The position numbers and the translations under genes were made by a program. A stretch of DNA of 64,000 nt, from contig NC_090378.1 in assembly GCF_036365525.1 (NCBI RefSeq), positions 122,249,593 through 122,313,592 on the forward strand. Direction: 5' to 3'. Positions 39,284 to 52,125 of the stretch are shown piece after piece (position 1 is the stretch's first letter; each line of letters begins with the position of its first letter). The stretch comes from Heterodontus francisci (taxonomy: Eukaryota). The notes under the pieces were generated by a model. The model saw only the letters and a program-made list of their open reading frames with translations, ran no database searches and was not told the origin of the DNA.

Positions 39284-40520
39284 CTATCAAATCACGAAAG
39301 TGGAAAGACGTGATCGAGAAATGTCTACAGATTAATTCTGACACACTACAAGATCTTCACACCAATGTTCGAAATGAGCTCACTGTTGCAACTACATCTG
39401 ATCTCATATTACACAACAACTGTATGGTCATTCCACACTCATTAAGAGAATGTGTTGTTGATAAAGGACACCAGGGAATAGTCAATAGCAAACAACTCCT
39501 TAGGCAAATGGTTTGGGTTCCAGGAATGAACTGCATGGTGGAGATAAAATCAATCAGTGTTTACCATGTCAACTACCCACAATGTCAAATCTTCATGATC
39601 CTCTCGTGATGTCTGAACTACCTCCAGGACCAGGGATTGTGTCAGTGTTGATTTCACAGATTTACCCACAGGTGAACACCTGCTTGTTGTCACTGACGAC
39701 TACAGCAGATTCCCAATCGTGGAATTAGTTAAGTCAACTCCAACAAAAGCAGTGATTCCAAAGCTTGACCAGATCTTTACCTTGTTTGGAATCCCTCAAA
39801 CAGTAAGAAGTGACAATGAACCCCCATTCAACAGCAATGAGTTCAGTAAATTCACAAACTACCTAGTGTTCACTCATAGGGAAATCACACCCCATTGGCC
39901 AAGAGCTAATGGAGAAGTCGAGACATTTATGTGAACCTTGAAAATAGTGATACGTACAGCTACAGCTGTGAACAAGTCATGGGAGCAAGAGTTATATCAC
40001 TTTCTTCATAATTACAGAGTGACTCCAAACTCAACTACTGGAAAACCTCCAGTTACTCTCATCTTTACACATCCTCTGTGCACACGCCTTCCTCAATTAT
40101 CCTACGGAGATAATGATCAACATATACATCAACACGATCGATATCAGAAGGATAGATTGAAGGTAAATGCAGAACGAAACATGAAACTTCGAGGCTACAC
40201 CACTAAAACCAGGAGATAAAGTACTTGTGAAACGTGATGGTCATGTTGGAAAACAAACAACCCCTTATAACATCCAACCATTTGTTGTGACCAACACAAA
40301 AGGATCAATGATCACTGCTGAGCACGATTCACAAATTATCACAAGAAACGTGTCATTCTTCAAACACTGAAAACACCTCTCGTAAACATTGAATCCGATT
40401 TCAGCATCGACACCTCCGATGAAGAACATGAGTTAAATGAAACTTCACCTGATGTCAGACAATATCCTACTTGTGAGAGAAAATGCCCATCATACATAGG
40501 TGACTATCTAACGAAGTGAA
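39284..40520 (+). mobile_element. Gypsy/Ty3 LTR retrotransposon pol 3' part (integrase), degenerate
   Basis: Zn-binding region HQGIVNSKQLLRQMVWVPGM..CLPCQ; core ..LVVTDDYSRFPIVE..FGIPQTVRSDNEPPFNS..ITPHWPRANGEVETFM; YRVTPNSTTGKPP; frameshifts and stops present. Confidence 0.9.
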
Positions 40521-40593
40521 CTATTTATGTGTAAGTTTATACTTTACATTTTTGGAAACAAACCATTGACACATACTACATCTCTCATTTACT

Positions 40594-40784
40594 GAGAAGG
40601 GGAGGAATGTCGTGTTGCAGTGTTTTGAAATTGCATTGTACATTTTGTTAACTTGAAGCCACTGTAGAACACACAGGCTAGCAAAGGGAAAGTGGAAATA
40701 AAACAGAATAAAGAAGAAGCCTTTGTGTTTAACAGCCTGCAGTCTCAGTCTCACATATCTCATCCTAAACTCGGCTAAACCTCA
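40594..40784 (+). mobile_element. Polypurine tract and short 3' LTR of the Gypsy element
   Basis: PPT GAGAAGGGGAGGAA (40594-40607) directly followed by TG (40608); internal AATAAA motifs; approximate CA end at 40784. Confidence 0.7.
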
Positions 40785-41744
40785 CTAAGTCCCGAGGACA
40801 TCACTCTCCATTGGGCTGGAGTGGGCTGTGAGTGATTGGGCAGTGGAGAGGATCGTCACCCTCTTGGCATCGTGAGGGCAGAAGAACAGGGGGCGAGGCT
40901 GCCACAGACAATTGGGTGGCCATGTGACCAGCGGGAAGGCAGCCAGGCCTCTGGCTTTGCTGGACCATTATGTAAATCAAGTGCTCTGTGTTCTCCCACT
41001 CTGCAGTATGAGCACTCAAACAGCGGCCACAGGAATGGCTGCCGTGGTGAGTTTAAATTGGACTCACACTTGAGCTGCCCCCCAAAACCCCCGTTATTGC
41101 ATTAATTAACTGGTCACCACTGTGAAACCCGGAACTCATTTCTGTTTTCCCCCAGGGACGGGTTTGGGACCCGGAAACAGTCCCAACGTCCATTTCCTGC
41201 CCCCGATATGAAAATCCAGCCCCATCCACCTGATTGGAGAGATTCAAAGAGGGAAGTCTGGGGAAAATGGGCACAGAGTAATGAGGCAAAAATACATTCA
41301 CACTTTGGAGAGGAAAGGGAGATTAGTGATGGGGTAGTTTACAAGGACACATTGGTTGAGTGTGGATTTTTTGAGGAGATGGTGATGGTGATGATGATGA
41401 TTTTGAGAGCGAGGGGGTCATTACCTGTGGAAAGCCCGAACCTCTGATACCTGAACTCTCCCAGTGAAGCTTTCCCTCGGCTACTTTATCTCTCTCATCA
41501 TGGCTCCAAACTGTAATCTGAATAATTCCAATGGTTTTCCCTCTGTTTCCTTGTTTTCCTGATTATTCCAAACATATTCCCCTCTGAGTCAGGACTATTT
41601 ACCTGATCGATGCTGTAATTTTTCTGTCACTACTTTCCATTAATGTCATCAGCTTTTACCATCGAATCCGAGAATCACACAACACTGTAGGAGGCCATTC
41701 AGCCCCTCCGGCCTGTTGTTGGAATCTGCTTTGATCTACATTTT

Positions 41745-42090
41745 AAAAATTCTTTCTTGGGATGTGGGTGCCGCTGGCCAGGCCAGCATTTATTGCCCAT
41801 CCCTAATTGCCCTTGAGAAGGTGGTGGTGAGCTGCCTTCTTGAACTGCTGCAGTCCGTGTGGTGTAGGTGAACCCACAGTGCTGTTAGGAAGGGAGTTCC
41901 AGGATTTTGACCCAGTGACAGTGAAGGAACAGCGATATACTTCCAGGTCAGGATGGTGTGTGGATTGGAGGGGAAATTACAGGTGGTGCTGTTCCCATGT
42001 ATTTGCTGCCCTTGTCCTTCTTGGTGGTAGAGTTCGTGGGTTTGGAAGGTTCTGTCTAAGGAGACTTGGTGCGTTGCTGCAGTGCATCTT
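41745..42090 (-). mobile_element. LINE 3' fragment, same family as 25286-26138
   Basis: ORF 41840.. MNCCSPCGVGEPTVLLGREFQDFDPVTVKE is nearly identical to ORF 25857..26039. Confidence 0.88.
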
Positions 42091-42169
42091 GTTTATTTTG
42101 AAGGAAGCCTTTATACCCCAGGCCCCTGTTATTTTGCTGAGGGGGCCTTTATTGCTCAGGTCCCCTTTA

Positions 42170-45100
42170 AAATGCATTTTATAAAATAACTTTATTAAAA
42201 ACAGATAAATAGAACAAAAATCTAATTAAAATGCCATTCTCAGCATTGATGATGCACTCCAGCCCCTGCGGTGACCACGGGTCGCAGAAGGCCTCGATCG
42301 AACCCGCGGACACTGCTTGCTCCTTCTCCAGGGACACCCGGGCGCGAACATAACTTGGGAAGAGGAGCAGGCAATCAGGGCGGATGGACCCCCTGACGGT
42401 CCGCAGCCTGGACCTGTGAATTGCCACCTTGGCCAGGCCCAGGAGCAGACCGATGAGGAGATCCTTCCCCCGGCCCACGCCCCTCCGCTCCGGGTGGCCA
42501 AAGATCAGGAGCGTGGGACTGAAGTGCAGCCAAAACTTGAGGAGCAGCCCCTTCAAATACTCAAAGACGGGCAGCAACCTCGCACATTCCATATAAACAT
42601 GGAACACAAACTTGTCCAGGCTGCAGAAATTACAGGCGGCCTGGGGGTCCGTGAACCTACTTAAAAGACTAGTGCATGGGACTGCCCTGTGCAGCACCCT
42701 CCACCCCAGGTCCCCCATGTAAAGGGGGAAGAGTCCTGCTTAGAGAGACCTCCACTGTGGTTTCCCCTCGCTGCCAGATGTCAACACGGATTGCCAGGCC
42801 GTGTCCAGCCCGCTGACGAGGGCGAGGAAGTAGAGAGTGTGCAGGAATAGCCTGTACAGGAAACACCTCCACGCCGATTGGAATGGCACGGAGGGCATTT
42901 CCAAGAAGCGGCTTGGTTTGTGCGAGACCGGCTCCCGAGGACGGTTTTGGGGCCTGGGTCCGATGAGCAGTTCCGCCAAATGGGGCTCAGTTCTGCTGGG
43001 AACGCTTCCAAGTCCCCTCGTCACCTGCAATGAGGGGCGTCCCAGAGGCTTCAGCTACTCCTTCACCCGTTGGTCCATCGCCGGAGTTGGCCACCCGGAC
43101 AGCCGAGACGCTCTCCTCCGCCGACGGGGGAACGCGCTGACTGGAGGCGAACATGTTCCAGACTCTGAATAGATCCCGGTAAAAGACAGGCAACTCCCTC
43201 AGAGAGGCACAGCTAACGTTCTCCAGTGGGAGCTGCGTGTTGTCTTGAAGGCAGTGCCCTTGGCAGCACACCCCATCTGGGAGGCAGCTCCGCGTACAGG
43301 GTTTGAAGGCGGAGCGTCACAGCCTGGGCCCGGACGCACACCAGCGACTGGCCGCCCTCCTCAATTGGGAGACTCAGGACCGCAGCAGAGACCCAGTGTT
43401 TCCTCTTGCCCCAGAAGAAATCGACGAGCTTCTTCTGGATCTTGGTGGCAAATGCAGGAGGTGGAGCCAAAATGGCCAACCATACCACAGCATCAAGGCC
43501 ACCAGTTGGTTTATGACCAGCGCACGGCCCCTGTCGGAAAGCACTCGGAGCAGTCCTGTCCAGCGCCCCAGCCAACTGGTGACTTTCGCCTCCAATTCCT
43601 GCCACTTTGCCGGCCAGGCTTCCTCAGTGGGGCTAAGTTGGACTCCCAGATAGAGGAGGTGCGTGTTGCTCCACGCAAAAGGTGTCAACTCCTCTGGCAG
43701 TGAGTCGACCCGCCACTGACCCACCAGGAATCTGGAATATTTCTCCCAACTGATCCTTGCGGAGGACATGGGAAAGGTCTGCCGGCAGTCACGCATCCTC
43801 CGCAAGTCAATGGGACCTATGATCGTGAGGAGCACGTCATCGGCGTAAGCCAAGAGGACAACCCGCATGGCCAGCCCTTCAACTTCCTGTGAAGCAAGCA
43901 AAGGAATGGCTCCACACAGATGGTGTACAATTGGCTGGAAATGAGGCATCCCTGGCGCACTCCTCTCCCAAAGCGAAGGGGCGCCGTCAAGGACCAGTTA
44001 ACTTTGACTAGACACTCTGCAGCGACGTATAAAAGTCATACCCGGGCCACAAAATGCGGCCCAAGTCTGAATGTGCGCAGAGTCCTGAAAAGGTATTCTT
44101 GATCCACCCTGTCGAACGCCTTCTCCTGATCAAGGGAGAGAAAGGCGATCAACAGAGCAATCCTCTGGAAAAGCTGGATCAGGTCTCGGACGAGGAGGAT
44201 GTTGTCCTGGATGGACCGGCCCGGAATATTGTAGAACTGGTCGGGGTGGATCATGTGGGCCAGCACAGAGCCCAGGCTGGTACTGAGGACGGAGACCGGA
44301 CTTTAAGCAAGTGGAGATTGCGCCTCTTCAGCAGCAGGATGATGACCGACCTGCACCACGAGAGGGGCATCTCGCCGGTCGCCTGGCTTTCCACCAAGGC
44401 CCACACGTAATCGTCCCCCAGAACCCATGCATAATCGTCCCCCAGGACGTCCCAGAACATCCTGAGGAACTCCACGGTCAGCCGATCCAGCCCCAGGGAA
44501 TTGCCCTTCGAGAGCTGGTGCAGGGCACCAGTCAGCTCTGCCAACGTGAGCGGAGCCTCCAATCCTTTGGCACCGTCCGGGCTGACCTGCGGCAGGTCCT
44601 CACACAAAACTCTGCTTGTATCCTCATTGGATGGATCCGGAGAGAATAACACACTGTAATAGGTGCGGACAAGGAGGCCCATTCCCTCCGGATCCGTGAT
44701 GGAGGATCCGTCATCAGCCAGCAGCTCAATGAGCTGCTTAATGACGCCCCGCCATTTTTCCAGCGAGTAGAAGAAGGGTGAGACGTGGTCCAAATCTTCC
44801 AGTATCTGGATCCACGACCTCATGTACACGCCTCGGACTCTACGAGCTGCAGGTTCCTCAGCGCACCCTTCTTCTCTTTGTACACCTGCCACAGGGCCGG
44901 GTCCCTGACGTCATGACCGAAGCGGGACTCCAAGTCGAGCATCTCCCTCCCTCAGTGCCCGATCTCGGCTTCCCGCCTCTTGGTTGACACCTTCACGTAC
45001 CCCTGACAGAAGACACGGATGTGAGTGTTGCCCACATCCTACCATAGCGTCAAGGAGGGGAAGCCCCCCCTGCTTCCTTCTCCAGTCGGCCCAGAATCGA

Positions 45101-45215
45101 TGGAACGAATCCTGGAATTGCTCATCCTCCAGCAATCGGTTGTTAAAGTGCCAGTACGTGGACCCTGCCCGCGTGCTGAGTGGAATGAACTCCAACCACA
45201 CCAGGTGGTTCTGTC
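42170..45215 (-). mobile_element. Tx1/L1-clade non-LTR retrotransposon, degenerate 5'-truncated ORF2
   Basis: Post-endonuclease YWHFNNRLLED; FFYSLEK; RT motifs LSLDQEKAFDRVD and LLAYADDV; LSLPIEEGGQSL; C-terminal CNFC..HVYMEC zinc knuckle; minus-strand AATAAA at the 3' end; multiple frameshifts. Confidence 0.9.
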
Positions 45216-45324
45216 CTTGGGCAGCTCCATCTGGACATTGTGTTCTGTCCCAGGGCAGAGTCTTGGGATCCCATGGAAGAAGTGGGAGAAATAGCAATGA
45301 TGGCAGTTGTTGGCACACCCAAAG

Positions 45325-45660
45325 ATTAGAAGGACCTTGGCAGTGTGCATATAGATTTGATAGAATCTCTTCCAACTTCCAGCAGTGGGAATAAATACTG
45401 TTTATTCTGGTTGATAACTTCACCAAATGGGTTGAGGCAGTTCCATGTAACGCAGCTACCCACTGAAGTATCTCGAAAATCCTGGTGAAGGAGATATTCT
45501 CCAGAAGGTGACGACCACGGATCATGGGATCAGATCAGGAAAGACACTTTACTGGAAAGGGAATGCCAGTGACTTTGAAACTGCTGGATATTGAAGGGAA
45601 ATAGCACATAAATCATAATCCACAGTCCTCAGTAATTGTAGAGCACATGAATAAAACCCA
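45325..45660 (+). mobile_element. Retroviral/LTR-type integrase core relic (distinct from the 39.3-kb element)
   Basis: Manual translation across frameshifts: GPWQ..HIDLIESLPTSSSGNKYCL..LVDNFTKWVEAVP..KILVKEIFSR..MGSDQERHFTG..HNPQSSVIVEHMNKT. Confidence 0.8.
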
Positions 45661-45664
45661 ATCG

Positions 45665-46458
45665 GCCCGTCATTTCTGTGAACACCTGGAAGGCATAAAT
45701 GGGATTGGACAAAGTCAGCATGGGTTTACGGAAGGGAGATCATGCTTATCAAATCGACTGGAGTTTTTTGAGGCTGTAACTCGTAGAATAGATAAGGATG
45801 ATAAGGATAATAGATAATAGATAACCAGTGGATGTGGTGTATTTGGATTTTCAGAAGGCTTTTGATAAGGTCCCACGTAAGAGGTTCGTGGGCAAAATTA
45901 AAGCACATGGGATTGGGGGTAATATATTGGCATGGAATGAGAATTGGTTTACAGACAGGAAACAGAGAGTAGGAATAAATGGGTGTTTTCCGAGTGGCAG
46001 GCAGTGACTAGTGGGGTATGGCAGGGATCAGTGCTTGGGCCCCAGCTATTCACAATATCTATTAATGACTTGGGTGAGGGAACTAAATGTTTCCAAGTTT
46101 GCAGACGACACAAAGCTGGAGGAGGGGGGCAGGGGGTGGGGTGCGAGTGATCTGTGAGAAGGATGCAAAGAGGCTTCAATGTGATTTGCACAAGTTGGGT
46201 GAATGGGCAAATGCATGGCAGATGCAGTATAATGTGGATAAATGTGAAGTAATCCACTTTGGTTGTAATAATAGAAAGGCAGATTATCTGTATGGTGATA
46301 GATTGGGTAAGGGGAAGGTGCAACGAGACATGGGTGTCCTTGTGCACCAGTCACTGAAAGCAAGCATTCAGGTGCTGCAAGCAGTTAGGAAGGCAAATGG
46401 TATGTTGGCCTTCATTGCAAGAGGATTTGAGTACCGGAGTAAGGATGTCTTACTGCAG
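45665..46458 (+). mobile_element. Older CR1 LINE, RT region (5' half; continues at 48692)
   Basis: SQHGFTEGRSCL, YLDFQKAFDKVP, SGVWQGSVLGPQLF, WQMQYNVDKCEVIHFG; stops present. Confidence 0.9.
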
Positions 46459-48691
46459 ACGAGAGTGGTCCTAAAGGAAGGGTGCTAAATTGGGGGAAGG
46501 CCAACTATACCAAAATTCGGCAGGAGCTGGGGAATGTAGATTGGGAGCAGCTGTTTGAAGGTAAATCCACTTTTGATATGTGGGAGGCTTTTAAAGGGAG
46601 GTTGATTAGCGTACAGGAGAGACATGTTCCTGTGAAAATGAGGGGTAGAAATGGCAAGATTAGGGAACCATGGATGACAGATGAAATTGTGAGACTAGCT
46701 AAGAGGAAAAAGGAAGCACACATAAGGTCTAGGCGGCTGAAGAAAGACGAAGCTTTGAAAGAATATCGGGATTGTAGGCGCAATCTGAAACGAGGAATTA
46801 AGAGGGCTAAAAGGGGTCATGAAATATCTTTAGCAAACAGGGTGAAGGAAAATCCCAAAGCCTTTTATTCATATATAAGGAGCAAGAGGGTAACTAGAGA
46901 AAGGATTGGCCCACTCAAGGACAAAGGAGGAAAGTTATGCGTGGAGTCAGAGAAAATGGGTGAGATTCTAAACGAGTACTTTGCATCGGTATTCACCGAG
47001 GAGAGGGACATGACGGATGTTGAGGTTAGGGACAGATGTTTGATTACTCTAGGTCAAGTCGGCATAAGGAGGGAGGAAGTGTTGGGTATTCTAAAAGGCA
47101 TTAAGGTGGACAAGTCCCCAGGTCCGGATGGGATCTATCCCAGGTTACTGTGGGAAGCGAGAGAGGAAATAGTTGGGGCCTTAACAGATATCTTTGCAAC
47201 ATCCTTAAACACGGGTGAGGTCCCGGAGGACTGGAGAATTGCTAATGTTGTCCCCTTGCTTAAGAAGGGTAGCAGGGAAAATCCAGGTAATTATAGACCG
47301 GTGAGCCTGACGTCAGTGGTAGGGAAGCTACTGGAGAAGATACTGAGGGATAGGATCTCTTCCCATCTGGAAGAAAATGGGCTTATCAGTGATAGGCAAC
47401 ATGGTTTTGTGCAGGGAAGGTCATGTCTTACCAACTTAATAGAATTCTTTGAGGAAGTGACAAAGTTGATTGATGAGGGAAGGGCTGTAGATGTCATATA
47501 CATGGACTTCAGTAAGGCGTTTGATAAGGTTCCCCATGGTAGGCTGATGGAGAAAGTGAAGGCGCATGGGGTCCAAGGTGTACTAGCTAGATGGATAAAG
47601 AACTGGCTGGGCAACAGGAGACAGAGAGTAACAGTGGAAGGGAGTTTCTCAAAATGGAGACGTGTGACCAGTGGTGTTCCACAGGGATCCGTGCTGGGAC
47701 CACTGTTGTTTGTGATATACATAAATGATTTGGAGGAAAGTATAGGTGGTCTGATTAGCAAGTTTGCAGACGACACTAAGATTGGTGGAGTAGCAGATAC
47801 TGAAGGGGACTGTCAGAGAATACAGCAGAATATAGATAGACTGGAGAGTTGGGCAGAGAAATGGCAGATGGAGTTCAATCAGGGCAAATGCGAGGTGATG
47901 AATTTTGGAAGATCCAATTCAAGAGTGAACTATACAGTAAATGGAAAAGTCCTGGGGAAAATTGATGTACAGAGAGATTTGGGTGTTCAGGTCCATTGTT
48001 CCCTGAAGGTGGCAACGCAGGTCAATAGAGTGGTCAAGAAGGCATACGGCATGCTTTCCTTCATCGGACGGGGTATTGAGTACAAGAGTTGGCAGGTCAT
48101 GTTACAGTTGTATAGGACTTTGGTTCGGCCACATTTGGAATACTGCGTGCAGTTCTGGTCGCCACATTACCAAAAGGATGTGGATGCTTTGGAGAGGGTG
48201 CAGAGGAGGTTCACCAGGATGTTGCCTGGTATGGAGGGCGCTAGCTATGAAGAGAGGTTGAGTAGATTAGGATTATTTTCATTAGAAAGACGGAGGTTGA
48301 GGGGGGACCTGATTGAGGTGTACAAAATCATGAGAGGTGTAGACAGGGTGGATAGCAAGAAGCTTTTTCCCAGAATGGGGGATTCAATTACAAGGGGACA
48401 CGAGTTCAAAGTGAAAGGGGAAAAGTTTAGGGGGGATATGAGTGGAAAGTTCTTTACGCAGAGGGTGGTGGGTGCATGGAATGCATTACCAGCGGAGGTG
48501 GTAGACGCGGGCACGATAGCGTCTTTTAAGATGTATCTAGACAGATACATGAATGGGCAGGAAGTAAAGAGATACAGACCCTTAGAAAATAGGCGACAGG
48601 TTTAGATAGAGGATTTGGATCGGCGTCGGCTTGGAGGGCCGAAGGGCCTGTTCCTGTGCTGTAATTTTCTTTGTTCTTTGTTCTTTGTTCT
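46459..48691 (+). mobile_element. Young 5'-truncated CR1 LINE with an uninterrupted RT ORF (46482-48605, 707 aa), nested in the older CR1
   Basis: Open frame with NYRPVSLTS, QHGF, YMDFSKAFDKVPH, GVPQGSVLGP and KFADD. Endonuclease absent. 3' tail (TTCTTTG)n. The host CR1 reads through as TTACTGCAG|TTATACAGGGCC (LLQLYRALVRP) when the insert is removed. Confidence 0.96.
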
Positions 48692-49280
48692 TTATACAGG
48701 GCCTTGGTGAGACCACGTCTGGAGTATATTGTGCAGTTTTGGTCTCCTCATCTGAGGAAGATGTTCTTGCCATGGAGGGAGTGCAAAGAAGATTTACTAG
48801 GCTGATTCCTGGAATGGCAGGATTGACGTATGATGAGAGAATGGATCGACTAGGCCTATATTCACTAGAGTTTAGAAGAATGAGAGGGGATCTCATAGAA
48901 ACCTATAAAATTCTAACAGGACTAGACAGGCTCGATGCAGGGAGGATGTTCCTGATGGCTGGGGAGTCCAGAACCAGGGGTCACAGTCTCAGGATATGGA
49001 GTATGGCATTTAGAACCGAGATGAGGAGAAATTTCTTCACTCAGAGGGTGGTGAACCTGTGGAATTCTCTACCGCAGAAGGCAATGGAGGCCAAGTCATT
49101 AAAATATATTCAAGAAGGAGAAAAATATATTTCTGAATGCCAAAGGGATCAAGGGATATGGAGAGAAAGTGGGAACAGGAAACTGAATTAAACTATCAGC
49201 CATGATCTTTTTTGAATGGCGGAGCAGGCCTGAAGGGCCGAATGGCCTATTCCTGCTCCTATTTTCTATGTTTCTATGTG
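48692..49280 (+). mobile_element. Older CR1 LINE, 3' half
   Basis: MEGVQRRFTRLIPGMAGL..RMRGDLIETYKIL; tail TTCTATGTTTCTATG. Confidence 0.9.
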
Positions 49281-49369
49281 CTGGTTCTCAGAATGAGCAA
49301 TTCAGAGTGTGCCACACTCCCGCCTTCTCCCCGTAGCCCTGCACATTCTTCCTTTTCAAACAATAATAA

Positions 49370-50290
49370 AAAGGCAGTGGAAGCAGAGTCCTTAAATATT
49401 TTTAAGGCAGAGGGAGATAGATTCTTGATAAGGAAGAGGGAGAAAGGTTCTCAGACGGAGGTGGGAATGTGGAGTCGTGGTTACAATCAGATCAGCCATG
49501 ATCTTATTGAATAGTGCAGCAGGCTCGAGGGGCCGAGTGGCCTCCTCCTGCTCCTAATTCCTATGTTCGGATGCTTGTATCTGTTTCCACCACACTCTCA
49601 GACAGTGCATTTCAGATTCTAACCACTCGCTGTGTGAAAAGGTTTTCTTCATGTCTCCATTGCTTCTTTTGCCGATTATCTTAAATCTGTGCCCTCTGGT
49701 TCTCGATCCTTCCTTCAGTGGGAACAGTTTCTCTCTATCTGCTCTGTCCAGACCCCTCATGATTTTGAATACCTCGATCAAATCCCCTCTCAGCCCCAGC
49801 TTCTCCAATCTATCTACATAACTGAAGTTCCTCGTTCCTGGAACTATTCTTGTGAACCTTTTCTGCACCCTCTCTAATGCCTTCACATCCTTCCTTTCGT
49901 GTGGTGCTCTGAACTGGATGCAATGCTCCAGTTGACGATGAACCGGTGTTTTATACATGTTTAACATAACTTCCTTGCTTTTGTACTCTGTGCCCTTACT
50001 GATAAAACTTAGGATGATGTATGCTTTATTAACCACCCTCACAACCTGTCCTGCCACTGCACTGATTTACACACGTATACACCCAGGTCCCTCTGTTACT
50101 GCACCCACTTTAGAATCTTACCCTTTATTTTATATTGTTTCTCCACATTCGTTCTACCGAAATAAATCACTTCACACATTTCTACATTAAATTCCATCTG
50201 CCACTTGTCTGCCCATTCCACCAACCTGTCTATGTGCTTTGGAAGTTCTACACTATCCTCCTCACAATTCACAATGCTTCCAATGTGATC
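49370..50290. mobile_element. CR1 fragments: short + strand 3' end (~49370-49570) and - strand RT C-terminus (~49580-50290)
   Basis: AVEAESLNIFKAEGDRFL on +; WQMEFNVEMCEVIYFG and LERVQKRFTRIVPG on -. Confidence 0.85.
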
Positions 50291-51321
50291 ACAAATGACA
50301 GAATCTGCCCACACTGACAGTGAGTGAACTACACAGCACATTCAGACAGACCCGAACCACATCCCTATCCTATTAAATGATGCACGAACTTTGTTTCTCA
50401 GTGAAATCAGTAATAATCAACATCACAGGAACCAGCTCGGAAATTATTTTCGAGAAACACAATTTAACTTCAAGCACGAATGCCCAGCAAGCTGTACAAA
50501 GAATGTTACTGTTTATAAAGCAGCAAAGCAGTGAACTGCATTAGGCCCAGGATAGTTTAACTACTTAGTAAAGGGTGCCCTCTATTGACTGTCATCACTG
50601 TCACATACACAGAATACACTGAACCATTAGTCATACTCAAGTATGGTCGACAGGAGTTTATAATCCACCAGGGCCCTGAGCAGACATTTGCTTTGAGGTG
50701 TCTCTTGGTCTGTTGCTCTGGAATGTTGGATGTGGGAGATACACACAAGGATATAGGAAAGCATATAACAAGAAAAGGCCATTCTGCTCATCAAGCCTGC
50801 TCCTTTCACTAACAAGGTACAAATCTTCCCTGTTCTCGATTATATTCCCACTGAATCTCAGAAGAGAAGTTTCTGTGTAAATACACTTTGATTGCCAAAC
50901 ATAATCAAACAAAATTAGAGAATAGTAATTCATCTTCCCATTTTCACCCCTGGATTGCTATCCTCGAGGGATCAATTTACTCTTTGGAATATGTTAACAG
51001 ACCTCATTATCTCAAACTGATATGGTTGTACAAAATGTACCATCCTGGATCAATGGTTTAATTGAAATTAATTTTCACTCCGAGAATGTGTGTGTGTTCT
51101 GTGGAAATAATTCTTCACAAATCAAATTAACAATAGCATCAAATTAATCACCTCAATTGCTCCAAGGTTAAACAGGTTGACAGTGTTTGGCAACAGGCTA
51201 TTCAATCATGGGGGCATCACAGGAAACCTGATTCTGTAATAATCTGACATCCCTACATACAGACTTTCTAGTGAGTAACATGTACAGTGATTGGAAACTG
51301 ACACTTTAATTTAATTCAAGT

Positions 51322-51667
51322 TAGTTTAGAGTTACAGCACTGAAACAGGCCCTTCGGCCCACCGAGTCTGTGCCGACCATCAAGCACCCATTTATACTAA
51401 TCCTACACTAATTCCATATTCCTACCACATCCCCACCTGTCCCTATATTTCCCTACCACCTACCTATACTAGGGGCAATTTATAATGGCCAATTAACCTA
51501 TCAACCTGCAAGTCTTTGACATGTGGGAGGAAACCGGAGCACCCGGAGGAAACCCACGCAGACACAGGGAGAACTTGCAAACTCCACACAGGCAGTGCCC
51601 AGAATTGAACCTGGGTCGCTGGAGCTGTGAGGCTGCGGTGCTAACCACTACGCCACTGTGCCGCCCC
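51322..51667 (-). mobile_element. HE1-type V-SINE (tRNA head, V-domain, CR1-derived tail)
   Basis: Reverse complement begins GGGCGGCACAGTGGCGTAGTGGTTAGCACCGCAGCCTCACAGCTCCAGCGACCCAGGTTCAATTC. V-domain GGAGTTTGCAAGTTCTCCCTGTGTCTGCGTGGGTTTCCTCCGGGTGCTCCGGTTTCCTCCCAC. Tail GGGCCGAAGGGCCTGTTTCAGTGCTGT. Confidence 0.9.
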
Positions 51668-51739
51668 AAGTTTTTATATAAAACTCACAAACTCCTGTTA
51701 AAATGCATTTGTGAAGTTACCAAATATTGTCTTGTATTC

Positions 51740-52125
51740 CTCTGAGTTTAGAAAGTTGAACAGATGATTTAATTAAGGTGCTTAAAGTAATAAAAGGATT
51801 TGATAGGTTTGATAAGAGAAGTTATTTTATCAAGTTCGGGAATCCACAACAAGGTGACATAATCCTAAAATTAGAAGATTCGAAATCAGGAAGTACTTCT
51901 TCACACAAAGGGTGGTGGAAATTGGAATTCTCTCCTCTAAAACATTGGAGATGTTGGTCAATTGACATTTTAAAGGCAGAGATTGACTGATATTTATTAG
52001 ATAAGAATAACAAGGAATATGGATCAAAGGCAGGTAACTGGAGTACAGATCAGACATGATTGAACTGAATGATGGAACAGTCTTGAAGGGGCTGAATGGC
52101 CTACCCCTGTTCCTATATTCTACAT
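51740..52125 (+). mobile_element. Old CR1 3' fragment
   Basis: DLIKVLKVIKGFDRFD..FFTQRVV-like translation; 3' UTR GGGCTGAATGGCCTACCCTGTTCCTAT. Confidence 0.75.

Noticed and set aside
51600-51667. tRNA-like sequence (also ~20965-21035)
   Set aside because: SINE heads continuous with SINE bodies, not tRNA genes.
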